A stretch of 64,000 nucleotides of DNA from a virus, in IMG/VR virus record IMGVR_UViG_3300030524_000001; one strand, 5' to 3'. Position 1 is the first letter of the stretch; every line of letters starts with the position of its first letter. The position numbers and the translations under genes are program-made. Below the pieces are notes generated by a model. That model was not told the DNA's origin, searched no databases, and saw only the letters and a program-made list of their open reading frames with translations. Shown here piece after piece: positions 27,695-36,600 of the stretch.

Positions 27695-27994
27695 ATGGCA
27701 AACGACGAGAAGCTCCTCGACTATGCAGGCGTGGCCAAGCTGACGGGCCTCGAAGTCGGCACGATCCGCGTCTACCGGAAGCGCACGCGCCTCCGCGAGA
27801 CCAAGAAACTGCCCATCCGCGACGAGGACTTTCCGGTGCCCGACAAGACCTTCGGCCAGTCGCCCACCTGGAAGCCGTCGACCATCGAACGCTGGCTGGC
27901 CAACCGCCCCGGCCGTGGTCGACGCAGTGCCACCAATGCCCGTGCCATCCCCGGCCGTGTCGTCATCGGCGACGACCAGCAGGACAGCGAGTAG
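27695..27994 (+). CDS. AlpA/excisionase-like HTH protein
   Basis: LLDYAGVAKLTGLEVGTIRVY...FPVPDKTFGQSPTWKPSTIERWL; AAGGAGG RBS. Confidence 0.75.
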   Translation: MANDEKLLDYAGVAKLTGLEVGTIRVYRKRTRLRETKKLPIRDEDFPVPDKTFGQSPTWKPSTIERWLANRPGRGRRSATNARAIPGRVVIGDDQQDSE

Positions 27995-28019
27995 CCGACC
28001 TCCGGCATTCATCCTCCGA

Positions 28020-28042
28020 AGCAAGACATAGCTTGCTAGAGT
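28020..28042 (+). promoter_or_regulatory. palindromic operator abutting a leaderless -10 box
   Basis: AGCAAG-acatag-CTTGCT 28020-28037; TAGAGT 28037-28042, 6 nt before ATG 28049. Confidence 0.6.
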
Positions 28043-28048
28043 GGATGC

Positions 28049-28447
28049 ATGAGCCCCGACAGTGACGACCTTGCCGCGCGATTCGGCACCCACATCCGCG
28101 ACGCCGCAAAGCACGCCGGATACGACCTCGAAGGCCCCCGCACCGGCGGCATGACCCAACTCGCCAAAGACGCAGGCATGTCCCAGGCCACAGCCAGCCG
28201 CATGCTCGCCGGACAGGTCATCCCCGACGCCAAGAGCCTCGAAGCACTGGCCGCAGCCCTCGGCATCCCCGTCCTCGATCTGCTCGCCCGCGCCGGAGTC
28301 ATCTCGGACGAAGCCGCCGCAGCCAACCCGAGGCCGCAGCCGCTCACCGACAAGCGGGCCCTCACACACCTCGGCGTGACCGACCCGGCCGACCAGACCG
28401 CCATCCTCGCGATCATCAGCCGACTCAAGGGCCGCGCGGCCAAGTAG
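28049..28447 (+). CDS. second XRE repressor, paralogous to the immunity repressor
   Basis: GGMTQLAKDAGMSQATASRMLAGQVIPD aligns with GGRITFAEAVGVSPSTVNRWLAGKNTPD; both end in PL(T/S)...LG..DP.D. Confidence 0.8.
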   Translation: MSPDSDDLAARFGTHIRDAAKHAGYDLEGPRTGGMTQLAKDAGMSQATASRMLAGQVIPDAKSLEALAAALGIPVLDLLARAGVISDEAAAANPRPQPLTDKRALTHLGVTDPADQTAILAIISRLKGRAAK

Positions 28448-28467
28448 CTCCCGGGAACGTAGAAATG

Positions 28468-28505
28468 GCCCCGCCCGCCCGGTCCGAAGACCAGACGGGC
28501 GGGGC
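28468..28505 (+). terminator. hairpin after second repressor
   Basis: GCCCCGCCCG / CGGGCGGGGC 10-bp stem. Confidence 0.5.
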
Positions 28506-28732
28506 AACCGCCGGAGTGACCCGGCTTCGTGGGCGGAGTGTCAGGGTCCAGCCTCCAGGCCACTGGCGCCCGCCGATCAACCGCCCGTGAGCGGGGACCG
28601 GACAACCCATCCCTGTGCGACACCCCTATGCGGGAGCACTGGTGGCCATGGGCGGCGGCCGTCACCGCCAGGTGTCTGCGGAGCCTCCGCAGGATCGATG
28701 CCGCCCCGGACCACGCCCAGGATACTGGGCCC

Positions 28733-28924
28733 ATGGCCACCATCCGCAGCTACATCCTCAACCCGGTCAAGCGCGTCACCGACCACCGCACCGGCCGCGA
28801 AGAACACGACCCGCAAGCCGTCCTCGACGGGGACATCGACGGGTTCATCGGGGACGCGATCAAGGTGCGGGCCGAGAAGCGGCGACAAGGCGAAGGCGGA
28901 CGCGGCGGCGCACTCAAGGGCTGA
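28733..28924 (+). CDS. 63-aa protein resembling only the C-terminal tail of class I peptide release factors (no GGQ)
   Basis: MATIRSYILNPVKRVTDHRTGREEHDPQAVLDGDIDGFIGDAIK versus the RF2 tail consensus IRSYVLxPYxxVKDxRTG...NxxAVLDGxIDxFI; GATACT 6 nt before ATG. Confidence 0.7.
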   Translation: MATIRSYILNPVKRVTDHRTGREEHDPQAVLDGDIDGFIGDAIKVRAEKRRQGEGGRGGALKG

Positions 28925-28937
28925 CCAGACAGCAGAA

Positions 28938-28961
28938 CGGCCCCCGCCGAAGCGGGGGCCG
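28938..28961. terminator. hairpin between convergent genes, possibly bidirectional
   Basis: CGGCCCCCGC-CGAA-GCGGGGGCCG. Confidence 0.65.
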
Positions 28962-29005
28962 AGCACTGCCAGGTGGAACCGATGCGTTGCTACCGCGCGA
29001 CCAGA

Positions 29006-29797
29006 CTACGCCGCCACATGCCCGGCCGCAGCCAGCGCCGCCGCAACCGCAGCCTGCACCTCCGCCGCAGTCAGCTCGCCCTTCTCCACCGCCGCCAGAG
29101 CAGCCTCCGCCGCCACCAACCGCGCCGACAAGGCAGCGAGCTGCGCCGACGGGCCAGCAACCAGCGCCGCATGCAACTCGGCGATCGAATGCAGATCCAC
29201 CGGAGCCACACCACCCGCAGGCGGCTGACCAGTCACACCAGCCGCCAGCCAGTACAGCGTGTCCGCGACCGCGATCGGACGGTTCGCGGTGATCGCAGCA
29301 GTCACGATCGACCTGATCGCAGCCTCATCAGCAGCATTCAGCGGCATGTCATCCTCCGGGAGCGGGTCAACGCCCGGCCAGTAGTCGGCACAGACGGAAA
29401 GGTCGTACGGGCCGGCGTCCTCGTACTGAGCAGCCACCGCGCCGGTGGGGATCGTTGAGGCGTCGCCGTTGTAGTCGGCGATCCAGAACGGCGGCAGCGG
29501 ACGGCCGCCGAACGCAGCCTTCACCGCAGGCCATGTCGAGGAGTCGCAGTAGATCGAGCCGCCCGGGTGTGTGGCGATCCACCCCGGCGCCTCGGCCGGC
29601 GACGCGTCGCCGTTTTCGACGTCAAGAACGTCCGCCGCCGCGCTGGTGTTCACGGTCACCGTGACGTGCACCGCGTGCGGGAACCGAGCCCAGTCCTCGG
29701 ACGACCAGGCGTACGCGCCGTTGAGGTAGCCGGCCACCATCGTGGCGTCGGCGGGGATCGAAGCCGCGGACACGCTGTCGTACATGGTGCGCGTCAT
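29006..29797 (-). CDS. putative endolysin, GH25-like glycoside hydrolase
   Basis: MYDSV...VAGYLNG...LDVENGD...IYC...WIADY...AAQY...YDLS barrel pattern; last gene of lysis block. Confidence 0.65.
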   Translation of the reverse strand: MTRTMYDSVSAASIPADATMVAGYLNGAYAWSSEDWARFPHAVHVTVTVNTSAAADVLDVENGDASPAEAPGWIATHPGGSIYCDSSTWPAVKAAFGGRPLPPFWIADYNGDASTIPTGAVAAQYEDAGPYDLSVCADYWPGVDPLPEDDMPLNAADEAAIRSIVTAAITANRPIAVADTLYWLAAGVTGQPPAGGVAPVDLHSIAELHAALVAGPSAQLAALSARLVAAEAALAAVEKGELTAAEVQAAVAAALAAAGHVAA

Positions 29798-30072
29798 GCT
29801 GCTGCTCCTCTCGCCGCGATCGTCCGCGTCAGGTTGTCCAGGCGCGCATACTTCTGCTCCGTGGTGTGGCCGTCCCAGTCGGCGTCACCGCGCGGAACAT
29901 GCGCGAACAGCGGCAGGTCAGCAGTCGACAGATGCCAACTCAACTGGCCCGCGCCGGTGTCGACGTACACCACCGGCCAGTCGGGCTCGGCCGGGTCGAC
30001 GCCGATATGCGACGGATACAGGGCTGCGAGGTGCGCGACCAGGTGAGCGCGCTCGCGGTAGAGGTCATCCAT
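29794..30072 (-). CDS. small conserved phage protein ending in WDGH motif
   Basis: LYRERAHLVAHL...GQLSWH...WDGHTTEQKYARL. Confidence 0.65.
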   Translation of the reverse strand: MDDLYRERAHLVAHLAALYPSHIGVDPAEPDWPVVYVDTGAGQLSWHLSTADLPLFAHVPRGDADWDGHTTEQKYARLDNLTRTIAARGAAA

Positions 30073-30622
30073 GGGCGCGGGCCGCCTTCTTCGCGGCCGC
30101 GGCGAGGATGTGCTGATGGATCGCGTCGACCCGGGACCGGGCCTCCGCAGCCACGTACGGGTCGTGGATGACCTCGCACACGTTGTCCTGCAGGCCCTCA
30201 CCGGACGCCGACCAGTTCGTCGAGCCGGTGACCACGATCTCGCCGTCCACGATCACGAGCTTGAGGTGGACTATGGCATTTTCCTCGGACCGGCCGATCG
30301 CCACCGACGACGCCGGATACGCCTCCCGCGCCAGCAGCGTGCGCTCGTGCACGCCACCGGCCTGCGAGGAGTCGAACGTCAACTGCACGACGATGGACGG
30401 GTCCGCGAGCTTCGCCTTGATGATGTCCGCCAGCTCGTCATCATCGAACCCGAACATGCTGATGATCAGCGAATGCCGCGCAGAGGCGACGACATCCCGC
30501 AGAACAGAATGAACATCATCGACAGGGCTGTAGAACGCGCGGTAGCCCGGCAGGTAGCGGGCCGGGAAGCCGCCCGTCTTGTAGCCGTCGAGCAGGGACA
30601 GGTCAGCGAGAGCCACGGTCAC
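30065..30622 (-). CDS. single-HKD phospholipase D superfamily protein (Nuc/PLD6-like)
   Basis: HLKLVIVDGEIVVTGSTNWS = HxK(x4)D(x6)GSxN; QDN; GTGA-coupled to the protease. Confidence 0.88.
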   Translation of the reverse strand: MTVALADLSLLDGYKTGGFPARYLPGYRAFYSPVDDVHSVLRDVVASARHSLIISMFGFDDDELADIIKAKLADPSIVVQLTFDSSQAGGVHERTLLAREAYPASSVAIGRSEENAIVHLKLVIVDGEIVVTGSTNWSASGEGLQDNVCEVIHDPYVAAEARSRVDAIHQHILAAAAKKAARAHG

Positions 30623-31440
30623 GCCCCCTTGAGCTGGATCAGGTCGATGTGGGACCGCAACTGCGCGTACAGGGCCAGCGAGAACCTGCCGAACCCGCCG
30701 TCGCACCACTGCGCCGTCCACGAGTTCTGGAACTTCACGACCGTCTTCTCCGGCACAACCCGGCCCAGCCAGTCCTGCTCCACCGTCTCCAGCGCCACCA
30801 CGCAAATCTCGTGACCACCCGCCAGCCCCGATGTCTCCCAGCCCGCCACCTCGTCCAGGAGCTGCCCCGGCTGCGTATCGAACCAGGCCTGGAACCAGGG
30901 GATCCCGGCCATCACGGTGCCGGACTGCAGCAGGCTCGCGAACCCGGTGGCATTCGTCGCATGCACATAGCCCGTGATCAGACCCCGGTCCTTCAACGCC
31001 CGCGCAACCCCAAGCCCCGACGAGCCCGCATCCGTCGGCGGCCACTGCCCCGGATTGTCGTCGTCCTTCGTGGCCTGCGAGTACAACTCGATCGCCCACT
31101 CCTCCGCCGCCCACGACGACGTCACATTCAGCCCCGCCGCAGCGCACTGATCCGCAGTCAGCAGGGCCGAGACCGCGGCCGTCCCGGCGTTGCCCGTGCA
31201 GCTGCCGAGCGCATCCACGTCCGTCGCACCCGGCACCAGCTCGGCGACGTGGATGTTCTGCTCCAGGAGGTCCTCCTGGTCCAGCACGGGGACCTTCGGC
31301 ATGTGCTCCGCCGGCTTCAGTTCCGAGCCGTCGTGATGGTGCAGCCAGCGCAGCGAACGCGAGTCGACCAGGTGATGGCGGCCCAGGCGCGTCGAGGTGG
31401 TGGGGTAGCGGTGCAGGCGCGAGCCGAAGTCGACAAGCAC
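30619..31440 (-). CDS. papain-like (C1A) cysteine protease
   Basis: LDQ...GSCTGNA (Cys), GGHEI (His), QNSW...W...GFG (Asn); GGAGG RBS before GTG 31440. Confidence 0.85.
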   Translation of the reverse strand: MLVDFGSRLHRYPTTSTRLGRHHLVDSRSLRWLHHHDGSELKPAEHMPKVPVLDQEDLLEQNIHVAELVPGATDVDALGSCTGNAGTAAVSALLTADQCAAAGLNVTSSWAAEEWAIELYSQATKDDDNPGQWPPTDAGSSGLGVARALKDRGLITGYVHATNATGFASLLQSGTVMAGIPWFQAWFDTQPGQLLDEVAGWETSGLAGGHEICVVALETVEQDWLGRVVPEKTVVKFQNSWTAQWCDGGFGRFSLALYAQLRSHIDLIQLKGA

Positions 31441-31540
31441 GAGGGCCTCCGAGGGTGAGGGTGGGCATGCAGAAACCCCCGGCCGTGGGCACGGGGGCGG
31501 AGTTCGGGGGAGCTTGATGTTGGGGCGGCAGGGCTTGAGT

Positions 31541-31852
31541 TCAGTCGTCGCGGACGATGCGTTTCTGGAGCCGCGCCGGGCGGCCCTCGACGTGAAGGGC
31601 GTGCAGCTCGTGCACTTTGCGGTGAGTCTCCGCCATCGCCTCGTCCTGCGCGTCGAGGCGCGCGCGCACCTCGGCCCTGTCGCGGCGTGCGCGACGCACA
31701 TCCGACCAGTGCTTCAGCAGGAACATCGGCGTCACGATGATGAACTGCGCCTCAACATTTCCCTGCACCTCGTCCAGCCGCCAGCCGAACAGGTACACGT
31801 CGTACGCCACCAGCAGCACCGCGACAGCCAGCCACACGCCAAGACGCCTCAC
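31541..31852 (-). CDS. membrane protein with C-terminal coiled coil (holin/chaperone-like)
   Basis: Two hydrophobic segments and a basic tail; GTGA-coupled. Confidence 0.55.
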   Translation of the reverse strand: MRRLGVWLAVAVLLVAYDVYLFGWRLDEVQGNVEAQFIIVTPMFLLKHWSDVRRARRDRAEVRARLDAQDEAMAETHRKVHELHALHVEGRPARLQKRIVRDD

Positions 31853-32112
31853 GACCCGGCCGCCTTCCGGTGCGCGGCATGCGCGGCCTCCACCGTCAGC
31901 GGCCCGTCGGGGTGGTGCTTCCGACACAGCAGGTGCCCCGCCGCGGACGTGCGCCGCCCCAGACGGGGACAGCCCTGAATTTCACAGTTCCGGTGCCGGT
32001 ACAGGCCCCCGACGATCGCGAGATAGCCCAGGTCGGCGCCGATGCCGGACCAAAACAAGTAGATCGCCCCGGATGCGTTGTCCAGACCCAGCCAGTGGGA
32101 GAGCCAGTGCAC
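31849..32112 (-). CDS. small membrane protein with C-terminal Cys/His motif
   Basis: IYLFWSGIGADLGYLAIVGG then HRNC...C...C.KHH. Confidence 0.6.
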   Translation of the reverse strand: MHWLSHWLGLDNASGAIYLFWSGIGADLGYLAIVGGLYRHRNCEIQGCPRLGRRTSAAGHLLCRKHHPDGPLTVEAAHAAHRKAAGS

Positions 32113-32122
32113 GACGGTCCCC

Positions 32123-32506
32123 TCACTCCTGGTCGGCCGGGACGGGAGGCTCGGCCGGTGCGAGCACGTCGGCTGGACGGTCGCCGCCCGTCGCCCCGAA
32201 CTGGATGCGGCACAAGATCCACGCCCGCCATGCGATCACCAGCGGCACCGCGCCGAACGCCAACACCGTGAACCAGGCGAAATACGGGTCCAGCGCCGTA
32301 CTGACACCGAAGAAGTGATGCACCACACCCGGCAGCAGCGTCAACGAGATCGACGCATCCAACGCCACCACATTGCGGCCCAGCGGCGACCGCCACCACG
32401 GCGCGATCACCGAGTACAGGACAATGAACGCGACCGCCGCACAGAACGCGACGATCGTCTCCACCGTCGTGGCCCGGACCAGGGCCTGCAGGACCGACGG
32501 ACTCAC
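32123..32506 (-). CDS. holin-like membrane protein (three TM segments)
   Basis: Three hydrophobic stretches; PWWRSPLGR motif; position in lysis block. Confidence 0.6.
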   Translation of the reverse strand: MSPSVLQALVRATTVETIVAFCAAVAFIVLYSVIAPWWRSPLGRNVVALDASISLTLLPGVVHHFFGVSTALDPYFAWFTVLAFGAVPLVIAWRAWILCRIQFGATGGDRPADVLAPAEPPVPADQE

Positions 32507-32721
32507 GGCGAACCCCCCCTCCGCGTCAGCGCGATGTACAAGGCGTCCGCGAGACCGTTGTGGGCGCGGATGGACTTCAGCCGGTCGATGACCTCGTGCT
32601 CCTCGCGGAGCTTCGCGGACTGGTCGGCGACGTCGCGCTTCGCCCGGTTCAGCGACCGGTCCGCGTCCGAATCCACAGCCCCGCCGCAGTGCTTGCCGCT
32701 ACGACCCCAGGGAAGCCGCAT
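32503..32721 (-). CDS. small hypothetical protein
   Basis: LREEHEVIDRLKSIRAHNGLADAL; recurrent in actinophage lysis regions. Confidence 0.5.
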   Translation of the reverse strand: MRLPWGRSGKHCGGAVDSDADRSLNRAKRDVADQSAKLREEHEVIDRLKSIRAHNGLADALYIALTRRGGSP

Positions 32722-32986
32722 GGGGGTCACCCCCTTGCCTGTGCGCTCCTTCCAGCGCGCGGGCCACAATCTCCGCCGCCAACGCACCAGATTCGCCACG
32801 GGCGTTGGCGATGCGCAGGGCTTCGCGGGTGTGCTCATGCGCGGTGCGCTCCGTCTCCAGGTCCCGCAGCAGCTGCTCGTACTCGGTCTGGGAATGGAGC
32901 TTCCCGGAGACGAACAGGAAGAACACGATGCCGAGGACGCCGAAATTCAGCACTCCGGCCAGTTCCGCGAGGAAATCGGGGGTCAA
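32699..32986 (-). CDS. single-pass membrane protein with coiled coil (holin-like)
   Basis: LNFGVLGIVFFLFVSGKL then heptads; AGGAGG RBS. Confidence 0.6.
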   Translation of the reverse strand: MTPDFLAELAGVLNFGVLGIVFFLFVSGKLHSQTEYEQLLRDLETERTAHEHTREALRIANARGESGALAAEIVARALEGAHRQGGDPHAASLGS

Positions 32987-33017
32987 GTGGCGGCCTCCTA
33001 GCAGCGCGGTCGACAGG

Positions 33018-33548
33018 TCAGTTGTGGAGCCAGTACACGGTCAAGCTGCTCGCCTGTCCGGCGCTCGTGTTGGTGTTGAAGGTGCCGCCTTCGGTTTGGT
33101 AGGTCCACGCTTCGACGTAGTCCGTCGTGCCGTTGAGATACGGGACGGCGATGGCGGTGGCGCTGCTGTAGGTGCTTCCGGGGCTGGCCCCGAAAGCGCC
33201 GTCGATGAGGGCGCCGTTCTTGTAGACGTAGGCGATGCGCACGCCGACGGTGGAGCTGCCGTACAGGACGGTGGCGATGGTGAGGTAGTAGCCGGGGACC
33301 TGCCCGACATAGCGCGAGGTGTTGGTGACGACGGAATGCCCGCCGTAGGTGTCGCTGTTCTCGCCGTCCATGTTGACGGCGGTCGCAGAGGCGTTCGGGA
33401 TGCCCTGGACGGTGATCTGGTACAGCGATGCGACGGGCACGGCCAGCGAGAACCCGAGGCCGTTGGGTCCGACGGCGTTCCACACCGAGGACGCGATGAG
33501 GTTTCCGGGGATCTCGGTGGCCAGTGTGGGGACGGGCAGGTTCGTCAA
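33018..33548 (-). CDS. minor tail protein, C1q/TNF-like beta sandwich
   Basis: GGHSVVTNTSRYVGQVPGYYL...YLNGTTDYVE; follows tail-tip gene. Confidence 0.7.
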   Translation of the reverse strand: MTNLPVPTLATEIPGNLIASSVWNAVGPNGLGFSLAVPVASLYQITVQGIPNASATAVNMDGENSDTYGGHSVVTNTSRYVGQVPGYYLTIATVLYGSSTVGVRIAYVYKNGALIDGAFGASPGSTYSSATAIAVPYLNGTTDYVEAWTYQTEGGTFNTNTSAGQASSLTVYWLHN

Positions 33549-33572
33549 GGAAGCCCTCCTTCGGGCGTGGCG

Positions 33573-33601
33573 AAGGCCCCGCGCGGATCACGCGGGGCCT
33601 T
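33573..33601. terminator. intergenic hairpin
   Basis: AAGGCCCCGCG / CGCGGGGCCTT 11-bp stem. Confidence 0.5.
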
Positions 33602-33613
33602 ACGGGAGGGCTG

Positions 33614-36600
33614 CTAGTAGGAGAAGCAGGCGTTGTCGAACTGTCCGACGGCGTCGTACTGCGCGGGGTTGGTGACCCCGGCCGGTAGCGGCTCGCACAC
33701 GATGTCGCCCGCCGTGTGGGCGTTGAGCGTGTTGCTGGCCAGGGTGATGACGCACGTCGTCCAGCCCGGTGACGTCGCAGCCACCGCCTTGATCGTCACC
33801 GTTTCCTGCGTCGAGAGGTTCTGCGACAGCACGAGCTGCTGCCCGGTGGAGAGCTGCGCCGCAGCCAGATTGGTGTTGTCGGCCCCGGCGTTGATCGTGA
33901 TGCTGCTCGCGTTCGCGGCGATGGTGGAGTGCAGCGTCGTGTGGAAACTCGTGAAGATCCCGTAGGCGGTCAGGTCCACGGGCGAGCACTGCAGCGTCCA
34001 GGTGGCGTCGCCCTGATCGTCCCAGACGATATTGATGGCCTCAACGAAGCACGGAATGCTGGACGCGGGTGCGGCCGGGGGCCTGCGGTTGACGGTGATC
34101 CGCATCCCGAGTTCGAGACTGAGGCAGACGGGCCACATCGCCGGGTTCGCCGACGGGTGCAGCACCATGCTGGCGATCCGCGTCGCGGGCTGCTTGTACC
34201 TGCTGACCAGGTACTGCGCAGCGGCCTGGCATTCCAGGGTGCTGACGACGTTGATGGTCCGTTGCAGGGTTCGCGGGAAGTAGTCGGTCTGACTGGTGGC
34301 GTCCTGCGCGGTGAAAACCTGCGACGACGAATTCTGGGTGACCTGAACGATGTTCGAGATCTGCGTCGGGTCCAGCGACGGCTGCACATCCTCGTACGGC
34401 CACTCACCAGCAGCGACATCCTCACCGAAGACGTACACCGGCGTCGTCGCGTTGTAGCGGGCACCGCGCGACTGGAACGTGATCGTGCCGCTCGTGTCGA
34501 CGAAATGCTGGCCGTTCTCCGCATCGACGCACGCCTGCAGGCAGCTCAGCGCATCCGAACCGGAAATGTCCGTCGCCGGACCCATGTCCGTCGTCACACC
34601 CGCCTGCAAGCTGGTGTTGCCCGTGTATCCGGCGTACCGCAGGATGCGGGCGTACCGCGCATCGCTCGACTCGCCCGCGCACGCCGACTTCCACGCCGAG
34701 TACAGGGCGGTGATCGTCGCGGTGGTGGTGTCGAAGGCCGGCCACTCCGCCACGTACGACAGGTCGCCCGCGTAGTTGTAGGCCGTGCCGTTGCCAACCG
34801 TTGCGTCGACCCAGCCGCCCACATTGTCGGCGATCAGGCCGGTCGGCTGCACGGCCGCGCTGACACTGCCGTAGTACGCGCCGATTGCCCCGTCCTGCGA
34901 GGCCATGATCTGAGCCGTTGCGGCGTTATAACCGAAAATCAGCAGATGCCAGTTGCTGTCGACGCAGTTCGTCGCGCCACCGAAGTAGACGTTCTCGTTC
35001 GCCCCAGTGGGCCCCTGAATGACCACGGCCGGTTCCCCGGTCGAATCCAGGTATACGGAGATCTGCGACCCGGACGGATTGCCGCCCGAGCGCTGACTGT
35101 CCATGCCGGACCACAGGTACGCCCGGTACGTGGGCATCGGACCCGTGTACCGGAATGCGATCATGCGGGTCCACAGGGCCGGGTTCGTGGGTCCGGTGAT
35201 GGCCGCCTTGTTCAGGCTCAGGAATGTGGCGCCCGCAATGTCGGTGGTGCCGGGGTCGAGGTTGGCGAGCGTCATGACGCTGCCGGTGCTGCCGAGATAC
35301 TCCCCTGTCACAGTGTTCGCGGCCGTGATCGACGTCCCGAACACCAGCGACCCTGGCCCGTATTTGCCGTTCTCCACGACTGCGGCGGCGTTGTTGCCGG
35401 TGGCGTCGGTGGCCGATACAGATCCCGAGGGGTCGTTCAGCTCGTACAGGAACCGGGGGCCACGCGAGGTGATCTCCTGCGTGAGCGGGTCCGTCAGTGT
35501 GACCTGCGACAGGGCGCCCATGATGTCGACGCCGCTCGCCGACACCAGGCCGTAGACGCCGCCCATGTCCCACGACGCCGGCCAGTTCTCGGTGCCGCCC
35601 GCCCACACGCCGTACCAGACACCCGGACACGCCCACGACGACGGTGTCGCGGCTTCCTCGAGCTGCATGCCGTCGACGTGGATAGTGCACGTCGCCGCCG
35701 CCGTGGTCTGCACCGCGACGCCGTACGCCATGCCCGCGGCCGTCGACGGCGGTGTCGCGGTCACGGTGACCTGCGACCATGCTGCGGTGGTGCTGCCCGT
35801 CAGGGTCACTGCCGGGCCGTAGGTGTAGCTCGTCGGTGACGTCGTACCGGGCGTGTACCAGCCCAGAAACGCCTGTACGTGCAGCGTTGTGGAGGCGGTG
35901 AGGTTGCGGACCTGCGCCTGGAACGCGTACTGCGCCGTGAGGTCGACGCCGACCTGCGGGGAGTACACGATGCGCGTCGGCGCCACGGTGCCCGACGGGA
36001 CCGCGAACTGGAACACGCTGGAGCCCTGCCACGCCGACGCCGTGGTGACGATACTGCCGCCCGTGGAGTCCGTGGCACTGAAGACGTCGATGCCGCCCTG
36101 GCCCTGCGGGATCAGGCCCGCACCGAAGCCGCCGCTGTCGCCGCCCGTCGCCATGACCTGCGACAGCAGGTTCCGGCACGGCGGCCACATCATCCGCCGC
36201 CGCCACGGCTGGTACGGCATGATGTGGCCGAAGTACGGGCCCGCCGCGTTCAGCGGGTCAAGGGTGCCGTCGGTGTTGGCGAGCACCGCCGCGGCCTCGC
36301 CACTTCTGCATTCGTCGAGCTCGTACTGCTTGCCGCGGGTGACGGAGCTCTGCCCCTCGATGCGCGACGCCAGGCTGACGTACCTGTCGAGCGGCGCGTC
36401 GCCGCCGTTGCTGTTCCAGTACGGTGCCCAGTCATCCGCCAGCGTCGGCCAGTTGATGTTGATGGGGCCGCCGACCATCGTGTTGACGTGCGAGAGCGCC
36501 GCCGTGTTGCCCGCGACCTCCGTCGCCGACGCCGACGCCTGGAACGCGACCGTCACCCCGGCCGCCGACCACGAATACGTCGTCGACGCCAGGATCGCCC

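Noticed and set aside
28733-28924. Release-factor fragment as an att-site remnant that restores a host prfB
   Set aside because: The integrase is a serine type with a short attP 11 kb away, and the fragment has its own start and mixed RF1/RF2 character. This is not excluded without host sequence, but it is not favoured.
30065-31701. Long N-terminal extensions on the PLD (475 aa) and protease (360 aa) ORFs
   Set aside because: The extensions overlap upstream genes in other frames; RBS and overlap evidence give starts at 30622 and 31440.
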